From sequence record SRR20825006_1155: 50,418 nt of DNA. One strand, written 5' to 3'. The notes beneath the pieces are model-generated. The model was not told where the DNA came from and ran no database searches. It worked only from the letters and a program-made list of their open reading frames with translations. Position numbers and translations under genes: made by a program. Shown in pieces: positions 36,724 through 45,770 of the stretch (the first letter of the stretch is position 1; each line of letters begins with the position of its first letter).

Positions 36724-37866
36724 ATGAGTCTTGTTGAAGGTGCTCCCGCTCCAATCAATCCCGAAGTCCAAGCCGCCGCGGCGAAGGCACTCGATCAACT
36801 CAATGAACACACGCTGAAAACTGTGCATTGGCACTTCAGCGACGACACGGGATCTCCGTTCTGGTTGGAAAAGAAAGCGGAACTCAACTTCGACCCGCTC
36901 ACGGATGTGAAGTCATTTGATGACCTAAAAAAGTTCCCCCACTTCGAAGACGAGTGGCTGCGTGGCGGGCCGATCAATCGCTGGGTGCCCAAAGGCCATG
37001 CGGGCAAACCCGTTTATGTTTTCGAAACCGGGGGCACAACGGGAATTCCGAAAAGCCGGATGGTGATCGAGGACCACTGGAAAGATTACGAGCTCTTCAG
37101 CGACACGCTGCCGGACGAACACTTCCCCAAAGGTGCCAATTGGTTGATGCTCGGCCCCAGCGGTCCGCGTCGTCTGCGTTTGGCGGTGGAGCACCTTGCA
37201 CAGCACCGAGGTGGGATCTGTTTCTGCATCGACCTGGACCCTCGTTGGGTTGTCAAGTTGATCAAGAAAGGTTGGATGGATCACCTCGAAGAGTACAAGA
37301 AACACTGCGTCGATCAGGCTGTCACGATTTTGACCGCCGGCCACGATGTGAAGTGCATGTTCGCGACTCCTAAATTGCTGGAATTGCTCGGCGAAGCCCT
37401 GGAAGAAAAAGGGACTTCGTTGGCGGAGGTCGGGATCAAAGGGATATTTTCCGGCGGCACGGAGTTTACACCTCAGTGGACTCGATTCGCTGTGGAAGAA
37501 ATGCTCGGCGGACCTCCTGAAGAAGGCGGCGTGTTCATGACTCCCACCTACGGCAACACTCTGATGGGGCTGGCCTGCAGCAAACCCATCACAGCAGCGG
37601 ATGGGTACAAGATCAGTTACTACGCACCGCAACCTCGCGCGGTCACCGAGGTCGTTCAGTTTGACGACTACAACGCGAAAGTCGGCTACGGAGAGACGGG
37701 GCGTGTGAAGCTTTACACGCTGACGGATGAGTTCTTTGTCCCCGGATTCATGGAACGCGACGAAGGTGAACGCGAACAACCATTTGAAACCTATCCCTGG
37801 GATGGGGTCAGCGGCGTGCGTCCGTTCCACGAACTGGCGAGCGCCACGACCGTCGGCGTTTATTGA
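36724..37866 (+). CDS. Short adenylate-forming (ANL) enzyme, EhpF / LuxE / PaaK-like
   Basis: HFS...GSPFW, P-loop ETGGTTGIPK, YGNTL, GETGRV and ERDEG motifs. About 380 aa with no obvious C-terminal ANL subdomain. Confidence 0.8.
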   Translation: MSLVEGAPAPINPEVQAAAAKALDQLNEHTLKTVHWHFSDDTGSPFWLEKKAELNFDPLTDVKSFDDLKKFPHFEDEWLRGGPINRWVPKGHAGKPVYVFETGGTTGIPKSRMVIEDHWKDYELFSDTLPDEHFPKGANWLMLGPSGPRRLRLAVEHLAQHRGGICFCIDLDPRWVVKLIKKGWMDHLEEYKKHCVDQAVTILTAGHDVKCMFATPKLLELLGEALEEKGTSLAEVGIKGIFSGGTEFTPQWTRFAVEEMLGGPPEEGGVFMTPTYGNTLMGLACSKPITAADGYKISYYAPQPRAVTEVVQFDDYNAKVGYGETGRVKLYTLTDEFFVPGFMERDEGEREQPFETYPWDGVSGVRPFHELASATTVGVY

Positions 37867-37930
37867 TTGACGCCGACGTTTGGCTCCTCGACATCACCCT
37901 CGTTCCACCTCCGATTTCATCTCGACTTCC

Positions 37931-39370
37931 ATGATCACACTGAATCCTCTTCGTTGGGGCAAGCAATACGAGTCCCTCGAATTCAACGACGTCGTTCACT
38001 TTGACACGGGCGAGCCAATCGCACGCATTGGAACAGTCGGCGGTGGCATCGTCGGCCGCGACCTGCGAGTGGCTCACAAGGCCCGCGAAGCACTGCTTGA
38101 GGTGCCAACCAACGAACTGTTGCAGATGTGCCGCAAGGCAGCCGAACTGTTCGAGAAAGAGACGCTGTCGGTTGGTGATTCGCAACAAACCGTTGACGAC
38201 TTCATCCACCAGCAATCGGCCAGCACGGGATTGCCCGAGCACATGTGTCGGTCCAACATGTCGAAGAACAGTTTCGTGCTTAGCAACATGGAACAGATTC
38301 TGGACTGCCTGACGCGTGGTTTGGACTTGTCGATTTTGTCCAAGGGCTACGGAGAAGAAGGTCGCGGCGTCACGGTCAGCTACCAAGCTCAGACACCAAT
38401 TCTCGGAGCGATCCTTCCAAACAACTCGCCGGGTGTCCACACGCTATGGCTACCAGCGATTCCGATGCAGATCGGATTGGCACTCAAACCAGGTTCGCAA
38501 GAGCCATGGACGCCATACCGAATGGTCTCCGCGTTCATCGAAGCCGGTGTTCCATCGGCTGCATTTGGTTTGTACCCCGGTGGACACGACGCCGGTGGAG
38601 CAATCATGGCGAAGACCGCACGCAGCATGATCTTCGGCAGCGCCCAAACGATCGCTCAACACGCGGGCAACCCAAAGGTTCAGCCGCACGGCCCTGGATT
38701 CTCCAAGATTTTGCTCGGCGACGACATTGTCGACGATTGGGAGATGTTCTTGGATGTGATGGTGGAAAGCGTGCTGAGCAATTCCGGTCGCAGTTGCATC
38801 AACTGCTCCGGCATCTGGGCCAGTCGTCATACACGAGAAATCGCAGCTGCGATCGCGGAGCGAATCGGACCAGTCGATGTTCGCCCACCAAGCGACCCCG
38901 AGGCCCAGTTGGCAGCCTTCACGGTCCCCGCCATGGCGACCGGAACTTACGCCATGATCCAACAAGACTTGGCCGAAAGCGGCGTGACGGATATGACCGC
39001 TGAGTATGGCGAGAAGCTGATCGAACGCGAGCACTGTGCCTACCTTCGTCCGATGGTCGTCCATGCTGATTCGCCTGACCGAGGTGTCGCGGCGAAGGAA
39101 TACATGTTCCCATTCGTCAGCGTCGTCGAATGCCCGCAGGATCAAATGCTTTCTCGCATCGGCACCAGCCTGATTGGCACAGTGATCACATCGGATGAGA
39201 AATTCATCCAAGATGCATCCCGCTGCGTGGACATCGATCGACTGAACATTGGCCCGCTACCGACCAACCGACTGAATTGGTTGCAACCGCACGAAGGCAA
39301 TATCATCGAGTTCCTGTTCGCCAACCGTGCGTATCAAATCGAACCGATGCCAGCTACCACCAGCGTCTGA
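37931..39370 (+). CDS. Aldehyde dehydrogenase-fold protein, LuxC/EhpG-like acyl reductase type
   Basis: LPNNSP, LKPGSQEP, IFGS, NSGRSCINCSG (catalytic Cys) and EYMFPFVSV motifs. HGPGFSK replaces the ELGGK motif. Confidence 0.8.
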   Translation: MITLNPLRWGKQYESLEFNDVVHFDTGEPIARIGTVGGGIVGRDLRVAHKAREALLEVPTNELLQMCRKAAELFEKETLSVGDSQQTVDDFIHQQSASTGLPEHMCRSNMSKNSFVLSNMEQILDCLTRGLDLSILSKGYGEEGRGVTVSYQAQTPILGAILPNNSPGVHTLWLPAIPMQIGLALKPGSQEPWTPYRMVSAFIEAGVPSAAFGLYPGGHDAGGAIMAKTARSMIFGSAQTIAQHAGNPKVQPHGPGFSKILLGDDIVDDWEMFLDVMVESVLSNSGRSCINCSGIWASRHTREIAAAIAERIGPVDVRPPSDPEAQLAAFTVPAMATGTYAMIQQDLAESGVTDMTAEYGEKLIEREHCAYLRPMVVHADSPDRGVAAKEYMFPFVSVVECPQDQMLSRIGTSLIGTVITSDEKFIQDASRCVDIDRLNIGPLPTNRLNWLQPHEGNIIEFLFANRAYQIEPMPATTSV

Positions 39371-39417
39371 CCTGCACCAGATGTGATCTGAGTCGCACGA
39401 GCTCATCGATAGCTTCC

Positions 39418-39457
39418 AAACGCCGCGAAAGCAATTTGCTTTCGCGGCGTTTTTTTT
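39418..39457 (+). terminator. Strong intrinsic terminator
   Basis: Perfect 17-bp inverted repeat AAACGCCGCGAAAGCAA-t-TTGCTTTCGCGGCGTTT running into a T8 tract. Confidence 0.9.
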
Positions 39458-39713
39458 GGGCTAGTCCAATGTTGAAACGCTTTTGGCGATGCCTTCGCCC
39501 TCAATCGCAGGACTGCGAAGGGCGGGTTGAATCGATTGTTCCGGTTTCGCCGGCGTGTTGCGGAAACACCTCAAGAATCAAGCGGTCGTTGCAGCCTGCC
39601 CACAAACGTGACCTACCTTTCAGCAGACCAATTTCGATCGTCAGCACGGTTTTCGGTCGGCGAGCACAATCGCCGTAGCGAACGGTCCACTGAAACCGCG
39701 GGGTACGCCAAAC

Positions 39714-39959
39714 ATGATCAAGCTCACTCGACTCGACGGCGAAGCCTTCGTCTTGAACGCCGAACTGATTCGATATGTCGAACGACGCGGCGACACGTTC
39801 GTCACGCTGACCAACGGCGAACGTCTGGCCGTTAAAGAAACGATGGACGAGGTCGTCGACCGATCCATCGCCTACCAACAACGCAAACATTTTTTGCCGC
39901 CGATGCCAGCCGTGCTTCAGTCAGCACCAACGGATTCCATCCCTCACACGACTTCCTAG
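39714..39959 (+). CDS. flbD: Flagellar protein FlbD
   Basis: MIKLTRLDG..FVLNAELI.YVE...DT.VTLTNG...VKE. Located directly before motA. Confidence 0.92.
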   Translation: MIKLTRLDGEAFVLNAELIRYVERRGDTFVTLTNGERLAVKETMDEVVDRSIAYQQRKHFLPPMPAVLQSAPTDSIPHTTS

Positions 39960-39977
39960 TTCGAAGAAACCAATCCA

Positions 39978-40739
39978 ATGGACATCGCCAGTCTGCTCGG
40001 TCTGATCTTCGCGATCGGCTTGATCCTCGTCTCCATCCTGCTTGGCAACGCACCCTTCTCAGCCTTCATCGACATTCCGTCGGGATTGGTGGTGGTTGGT
40101 GGTGCATTCGCGGCCGCTTTGATCTGCTTCCCAATGGGATCGATTTTGAAGAGCCCGATCATCGCATTGAAAGTGATCTTGAATAAAGGCGAAGATCGTC
40201 TGGCTTTGATCAAATCAATCGTCGAACTCGCAGAGATCGCACGCCGTGATGGATTGCTGGCTTTGGAATCAAAGATCGGCGAGATCAACAACTCACTCGT
40301 GAAGACCGGACTGCAAATGGCAGTCGACGGAACGGCACCCGAGATCGTGGAAGAAGTCCTTCGCACCGAAGTCGCTGGGATGGCGATGCGTCACCGCGAA
40401 GGCAAATCCATCATGGATCAACTCGGTCGATTCGCTCCGGCGTACGGGATGATCGGGACGCTGATGGGACTGATCATGATGCTCCAAGACATGTCCGATC
40501 CTTCGGGAATTGGAGCCGGTATGGCGGTCGCACTGATCACGACGCTGTACGGAGCCATCGTGGCCAACGTGTTCTTCAGCCCCTTCGCTGAAAAGCTGGG
40601 ACTGATGAGCCGCAACGAACAACTCAGCATGGAGATCGCCATCCGTGGCGTCATGGCCATTCAGTCTGGCGAGAGCCCACGAGCAATTGACCAGAAACTG
40701 CAGACCTATCTGCCTGCCAAACAAAGGGAACTGCAGTAA
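39978..40739 (+). CDS. motA: Flagellar stator subunit MotA/PomA
   Basis: ARRDGLLALE, GLQMAVDG, APAYGMIGTLMGLI and MAVALITTLYG motifs. Confidence 0.95.
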   Translation: MDIASLLGLIFAIGLILVSILLGNAPFSAFIDIPSGLVVVGGAFAAALICFPMGSILKSPIIALKVILNKGEDRLALIKSIVELAEIARRDGLLALESKIGEINNSLVKTGLQMAVDGTAPEIVEEVLRTEVAGMAMRHREGKSIMDQLGRFAPAYGMIGTLMGLIMMLQDMSDPSGIGAGMAVALITTLYGAIVANVFFSPFAEKLGLMSRNEQLSMEIAIRGVMAIQSGESPRAIDQKLQTYLPAKQRELQ

Positions 40740-41494
40740 TGGACGATGAACCAGAAGAAATCGGCATTCCCGAATGGGTTGTCACGTTCGGTGACATGAT
40801 GAGTTTGCTTTTGACGTTCTTCATCATGTTGGTCTCGCTCAGTGAGATCAAAGAAGAAGAAACCTATCAAGCGCTCGTCGATTCGATGCAGCAACAGTTC
40901 GGCTACAAACGCACACTCGAAGCGTTGGCACCTGGCGATGCGAAACCGCGTTCGATGGAATTCTCCGTTCTCTCGACCACTGGCCGAGCCAAGAAAAAGG
41001 ACACCGCCCGAGGTGGCGTTCCCGAGAAGGCTCCGATTGGTGAAGAGCATCATGTTCGCATTGTTCGACCGGGTCACATGACCGCGGTTGGCAGCGTTGT
41101 GTTCTTTGAAGTCGGCAGTGATCTGCTAACACCGGCCAGCCAACGCATCTTGGAACAAACAGCACAGCAGCTTCGTGGCAAACCACAACGCATCGAAGTG
41201 CGCGGTCACGTGTCGGCAGAGTTTGCCGCTCGTACCGTTGGAACCGATGAGGCAATGTTGTTGGCCATTCGTCGTGCCGCTGCCGTCAAACGCTACTTGG
41301 TTTCCAAGCAAGGGATCGCCTCGGATCGCTTCCGAGTCTCCTCAGCCGAAGCAACCGAACCAATCACTCGTAACGCAACGATCACCAAATTCGGCAACGA
41401 CTCGCGTGTCGAAGTGTTCCTGCTCGATGAAACAGTGGAGGACCCCAAAGGGACCTCTGATTCCGACTCCAACGACCAAAGTCCTCAGGCTTAA
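40739..41494 (+). CDS. motB: Flagellar stator subunit MotB/PomB
   Basis: Plug/TM motif WVVTFGDMMSLLLTFFIML with the conserved Asp. OmpA-like C-terminal domain (IEVRGH, RA..V, RVEV). Confidence 0.93.
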   Translation: MDDEPEEIGIPEWVVTFGDMMSLLLTFFIMLVSLSEIKEEETYQALVDSMQQQFGYKRTLEALAPGDAKPRSMEFSVLSTTGRAKKKDTARGGVPEKAPIGEEHHVRIVRPGHMTAVGSVVFFEVGSDLLTPASQRILEQTAQQLRGKPQRIEVRGHVSAEFAARTVGTDEAMLLAIRRAAAVKRYLVSKQGIASDRFRVSSAEATEPITRNATITKFGNDSRVEVFLLDETVEDPKGTSDSDSNDQSPQA

Positions 41495-41503
41495 GACAAT
41501 CCG

Positions 41504-42061
41504 ATGGCCGACGAAAACAAAACCGACGACAAACCTGAACTCGAGGATGCTCCGTCAAAACCTCGCAGTAACACCAGTCTGATCGTTCTGTTCGTGGGAA
41601 TGGTGGTCGTCCTGGAAACCGGGATGTTCTTCTTCCTCGTCCCGAGCGCAGAACAGGTCAGCGCTCTCGCAGAAGCGGAACTGATCCAGTCGGTCCAAGA
41701 GGGGGCCGAAAAAGCTGAACAGGAACAATCCGATGAAAATCAAGAAATTGAATTTGATTTGGGTGCGTTCGGCGAGACCTTCAGCCCGATCGAAACCGAA
41801 CGGTCTTTCCGAGTGGAATTGAAGCTCTACGGGCTGATTCGCAAGAAAAACCGCGATAAAATGACGAAGGAGTTCGACGCCAAAAACGGCCGTCTTCGCC
41901 ATGCAATCCGAATGAAGATCCGAAACAGTGAACTGAACGAGCTCACCGAAAACCAATTGGGCTTGCTACAGCGTCGAATTTTGACGACATGTAACCATCT
42001 TCTGGATGAAGATTTATTGCTGGGTGTCGGGTTTCACGAATTCCAGCTGATCGAGGAGTGA
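41504..42061 (+). CDS. fliL: Flagellar basal body-associated FliL-family protein
   Basis: Single N-terminal TM helix, size, and position between motB and fliN. Confidence 0.75.
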   Translation: MADENKTDDKPELEDAPSKPRSNTSLIVLFVGMVVVLETGMFFFLVPSAEQVSALAEAELIQSVQEGAEKAEQEQSDENQEIEFDLGAFGETFSPIETERSFRVELKLYGLIRKKNRDKMTKEFDAKNGRLRHAIRMKIRNSELNELTENQLGLLQRRILTTCNHLLDEDLLLGVGFHEFQLIEE

Positions 42062-42077
42062 CACGGAGTGCACGATC

Positions 42078-42503
42078 GTGAGCGAGACGGAGAATCAAAC
42101 GGAATCCAGCGAACAACTCAATACGGATGATATTGAGGCGTTGCTCAATGAAGCATCGCAGTCCCTCGCTGCTGCAACCGGCGACAAAGAATCCACCGAA
42201 CGCGATGTGCCGCGACCATTCGCCCTTGGCGATCTCTCGCCAAACTCACTCGGTGAAGCCGCCCACGATGTCGATCTTCTCGGCGAAGTCGAGATGGATC
42301 TTCGCATCGAACTGGGACGCACCCAAATGCGACTCGAAGAAGTCCTGCGTCTACGTGCAGGCAGCGTCGTTGCTCTGGACAAGCTAGCCGGTGACCCCGT
42401 CGACATTTACGTCAACGGTCGACTCATCGCTCGCGGCGAAGTCTTGGTCATGAACGACAACTTCTGCGTGCGAGTGACTGAATTGATCGGAGCCTCCTCA
42501 TGA
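42078..42503 (+). CDS. fliN: Flagellar motor switch protein FliN
   Basis: SpoA domain: IELGRT..., GSVVALDKLAGDPVDIYVNGRLIARGEV..NF.VRVTE. Confidence 0.95.
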   Translation: MSETENQTESSEQLNTDDIEALLNEASQSLAAATGDKESTERDVPRPFALGDLSPNSLGEAAHDVDLLGEVEMDLRIELGRTQMRLEEVLRLRAGSVVALDKLAGDPVDIYVNGRLIARGEVLVMNDNFCVRVTELIGASS

Positions 42504-43201
42504 TCCGTCTCATCACCGGTACGAATCGACATCTGTGGTTGGCGTTGATCGCGATTGTTTGCTTTGGTGAAACCGCCGTCGCGGATCAAACCTACCTCAG
42601 CGACACGCTTCCTACGCACAACGCTTCACCAGAACCACCCAAAGTCGTCGGGCGTGGTTTCCCCGCTCTCTCAATGCGTGCGGAGGAGCAAGAATCCTCC
42701 GCCTACCAATTGCCATCCGGTAACCCAACATCCGGACTCGAACTCAACCCGGATAATGAATCTTCGCGTTCGAAAACCATCGCTCCGTTGGTCACGGTTG
42801 GATCGAGCCTCGCAATCGTACTCGCGTTGTTCTGTGGTTTGGTCTGGGTTAGCCGTCGGTTCGGTGGCGGTTCAGCCGCATCCAAACCGCTTTCGCCCGC
42901 CACACTCAGCCCTCTCGGGCACATCATGCTCGATCCACGAACCAAACTGCTGCTAGTCAAATGCGGCCGTCGGGTGCTCGTGCTCAGCCAAACGTCGACT
43001 GGTGTCACACCGATCTCAGAAGTCACCGATCCAGACGAAGTTCGCGAATTGATCGCAAGTTGTTCCGGCGAAGCTCGTGCCGTCTTTGAGCAAACGATGC
43101 GTCAAATCGAACGCGAACCAGTTGCGTCGGGATTCGTTGAACGGCCTGCCGCTTCCGAACCCGTCCCTTCTAAACCACGTCGACTGTTTGCTTCCGCGTA
43201 G
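42500..43201 (+). CDS. fliO: Flagellar biogenesis protein FliO/FliZ
   Basis: TM helix SLAIVLALFCGLVW followed by LDPRTKLLLVKCGRRVLVL. Directly follows fliN with an ATGA overlap. Confidence 0.85.
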   Translation: MIRLITGTNRHLWLALIAIVCFGETAVADQTYLSDTLPTHNASPEPPKVVGRGFPALSMRAEEQESSAYQLPSGNPTSGLELNPDNESSRSKTIAPLVTVGSSLAIVLALFCGLVWVSRRFGGGSAASKPLSPATLSPLGHIMLDPRTKLLLVKCGRRVLVLSQTSTGVTPISEVTDPDEVRELIASCSGEARAVFEQTMRQIEREPVASGFVERPAASEPVPSKPRRLFASA

Positions 43202-45683
43202 AAGCGCCAGCCAAACTGTCGCGATCCGGTGCCGCTCGATCAATCGTGGCGTGCCGCAAGATGGCTCCCGCCATCGCCATCCCACTCAAGAAGGCACCTT
43301 CGACTCGCGGCCCGCCACACCAATCACCGCAGGCACCCAATCCGGTGGTTCGATCCCACAAACAATCGTGGTCCAACGGCGACACAGGATTCGCGTATCG
43401 CCAACGATGAGCCTGGCTCTCGATCACTCGCTGAAAACGTCGCCCCGTCGCCTGCTCCAGTGCACCAAGCAATTCTTTCGCGACCCAATCAGCCGGCCGT
43501 TGCAGATGCTCCTGCGACCAATCCGTCGAGGCATGCAACACCCACGAACTGGCCGATTCGTCGGTTCGCTCGCGACCTGGCTTCGCGTCGTTGCGTGCAA
43601 TCCATGACAGAGGGCCTTCGTTGATAAAGGCGCCCACAAACCCAAGGTCAGACAAACCCTCGCCGCGAACCATTACGGACCAACACGGCAACATCTCGAC
43701 CTGCTTGGCAGTGGCTTCCAAATCCGAGTGTCCTGCCAACAACGAGGCTGCTTGGGCAGGCGGGCAGTTCATGATCACGCAATCGAATTCACCGCTTTCA
43801 ATACTCGTTGCTTGATCACTGGAGGAAGAACCACCAGCGTTCTCGACCTGCAGCTTCCAGCGTTCTCCGGCTTGGTTCAACGAAACAACGGTCGTTTGCA
43901 ACTGAACATCGAGGTCGGCTGCCAAGTGTTTGCCAATCGCACTCATTCCAGGAACACCTACATACCGAGGCGTTCCGCACTTTTCCTCCACAACCTTCCC
44001 GCCGGGCTGCAGTTCCACGATCGGCTGAAGCCAAGGCTCGACCAACCCCTGTTGGATCCAACTCCTCACGTGTCTGGCGAATCGATCATCACGAACGGTG
44101 AAGTACTGAGCTCCATGGTCGAATCCCCCACCCGAATCGCTACGTCGCGTCGCCAATCGGCCGCCAACGCCGCGTGATTTTTCAAACACCTGAACGTCCA
44201 ATCCATGATCCTGCAGGGTGCGTGCGGCGACCAGCCCGGCCAACCCCGCACCCACGATCGCAACTCGCGGCAATCCTGCTGCGACCGGACGGTTGATCCA
44301 TTCGGCAACCTGAGACTGATCGATGCGTTTGCCCTGCTCTTCGATGGTACGTGAACGCACCTTTCCATAAATCGGTTGCTCTGGTTCAGAAGGGCGATCG
44401 AACTGACCAAAGGACCACAGAATTCCGCTGTAGCTGATTGGGCTTCGCCCATCGATCGCATACCGATGGTTTAAGTCAATGCACTGAGCGAGTGCCTGAC
44501 AGGGTTGCGATGTCATTGCCAAAAAAGCTTTGCCCCAAGTCATCCGCAGATTGTGATGCAACTCTCCGTGTCTCAGCAGACTCCTCTGGGCCAGGTTCCA
44601 CAACGACTGCGACGACTTCCCGCGTGCAAGTGTCTCCCAATCCAAGACTTCGTCTCGAGAATCCTCGGCATGTTTTTCGAGCGTCTCGCGTGACCATTTG
44701 GGCAGCACGGCCATGGTGTCGAGATCTTCCACATGTTCCAGACAAAATCGGAACACCATTTCACGCCATACAACGAGTTCGTCGACGTACTTCCTCGCTC
44801 CCATCGCAGCGGCTTCTCGTGCGATGCGAAATGGGCTGATCATCCCGTAATGCAAGTAACCACTTAAACGACTGACACCCAATGGATCGTCAGGATGATT
44901 GCGTTGCCTGGAGTACTGAGTCAAAGACTTTTCACGAAAACGATCCCAACGAGCGTAGCCAGCCCGCGTGCCCCCGGGCGTATCCGCGACCGGGCCGACC
45001 GAATGATCGACTTTGCACTGGCTGATCAATTCAGCCAAGTCGACGTCCTGCAGATCAATCGGGTCGAACCCCAACGGTCCGGTGAACTTCGCTGGCAGCA
45101 GGTTGGCAGGCAATTCTTCGTACGGACGAGACAGACGATTCTCGAGATCACTTTGGATCAATCGTCGAAACTCAAACGCTCGCGTCGGGACGGCATCGAC
45201 AGACTGAGATGGCACAATGCAACTTGTGTCGACCAACATGATCGGTGTTGTCACCAAACTACGCAGCCGCTCGACCCAACATGCTATTGGTGCAACAGGC
45301 ATTTCCTCACTGACCAACACCGCAGCCCGGCGGCACAAATCCCTCAGGTGTGGCCCACGCTGCCCATGACGCTCCAAGTGAAACGCGTAGGTAATCCCCC
45401 GTGCCTGCAATTCTCGCTGAACGTCTCGGGCACCCTGCATGATAAACGCGTGATGGCGATCTGACGCGTAGGGATATTTTTCAGACAACCCGTGATAAAC
45501 CAACAGTGGCAATCCGGTTTTGTGAGCCATCCAAATCGCCGCGTCCAATGCTGGATTTTCATGCCCCCGCAAAGCGTTATGCATCCAGTACAGCACCATC
45601 TCACCTGGCGGGTGATCGGTTTGATTGGGTGCAACCACCCAACGCCGGCGCTCAGCCAAAGATGCGGGGATCATTTGATCCAC
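43170..45683 (-). CDS. Fusion: class II CPD photolyase-like domain + renalase-like FAD/NAD(P)-dependent oxidoreductase
   Basis: N-half has VLYWM..ALR..ENPALD, SRLSGYLHYGMISP, ELVVWRE, LHHNLRMTWGK and LNHRYAIDGR. C-half has IVGAGLAG, FEKSRGVGGRLATRR, FDHGAQYFT, HRWRYA and CGDWC...VEGAFLSG. Confidence 0.88.
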   Translation of the reverse strand: MDQMIPASLAERRRWVVAPNQTDHPPGEMVLYWMHNALRGHENPALDAAIWMAHKTGLPLLVYHGLSEKYPYASDRHHAFIMQGARDVQRELQARGITYAFHLERHGQRGPHLRDLCRRAAVLVSEEMPVAPIACWVERLRSLVTTPIMLVDTSCIVPSQSVDAVPTRAFEFRRLIQSDLENRLSRPYEELPANLLPAKFTGPLGFDPIDLQDVDLAELISQCKVDHSVGPVADTPGGTRAGYARWDRFREKSLTQYSRQRNHPDDPLGVSRLSGYLHYGMISPFRIAREAAAMGARKYVDELVVWREMVFRFCLEHVEDLDTMAVLPKWSRETLEKHAEDSRDEVLDWETLARGKSSQSLWNLAQRSLLRHGELHHNLRMTWGKAFLAMTSQPCQALAQCIDLNHRYAIDGRSPISYSGILWSFGQFDRPSEPEQPIYGKVRSRTIEEQGKRIDQSQVAEWINRPVAAGLPRVAIVGAGLAGLVAARTLQDHGLDVQVFEKSRGVGGRLATRRSDSGGGFDHGAQYFTVRDDRFARHVRSWIQQGLVEPWLQPIVELQPGGKVVEEKCGTPRYVGVPGMSAIGKHLAADLDVQLQTTVVSLNQAGERWKLQVENAGGSSSSDQATSIESGEFDCVIMNCPPAQAASLLAGHSDLEATAKQVEMLPCWSVMVRGEGLSDLGFVGAFINEGPLSWIARNDAKPGRERTDESASSWVLHASTDWSQEHLQRPADWVAKELLGALEQATGRRFQRVIESQAHRWRYANPVSPLDHDCLWDRTTGLGACGDWCGGPRVEGAFLSGMAMAGAILRHATIDRAAPDRDSLAGASTRKQTVDVV

Positions 45684-45770
45684 AATGGTTTACTCCAGAA
45701 AAAATGGGTCGGTCGATTCAATACGGTAGACGCACGGCAAACGAAGTCACTCAGCCTCCAATCACCCTGG

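Noticed and set aside
36724-39370. Bioluminescence (lux) or phenazine biosynthetic cluster
   Set aside because: No luxAB/luxD or phzA-G genes are in the window. Only the ligase/reductase pair is present.
39578-39605. Possible sigma-28 promoter TCAAG...GCCCACAA upstream of flbD
   Set aside because: Two mismatches in the -10 box and spacing one base off consensus. Not supportable without TSS data.
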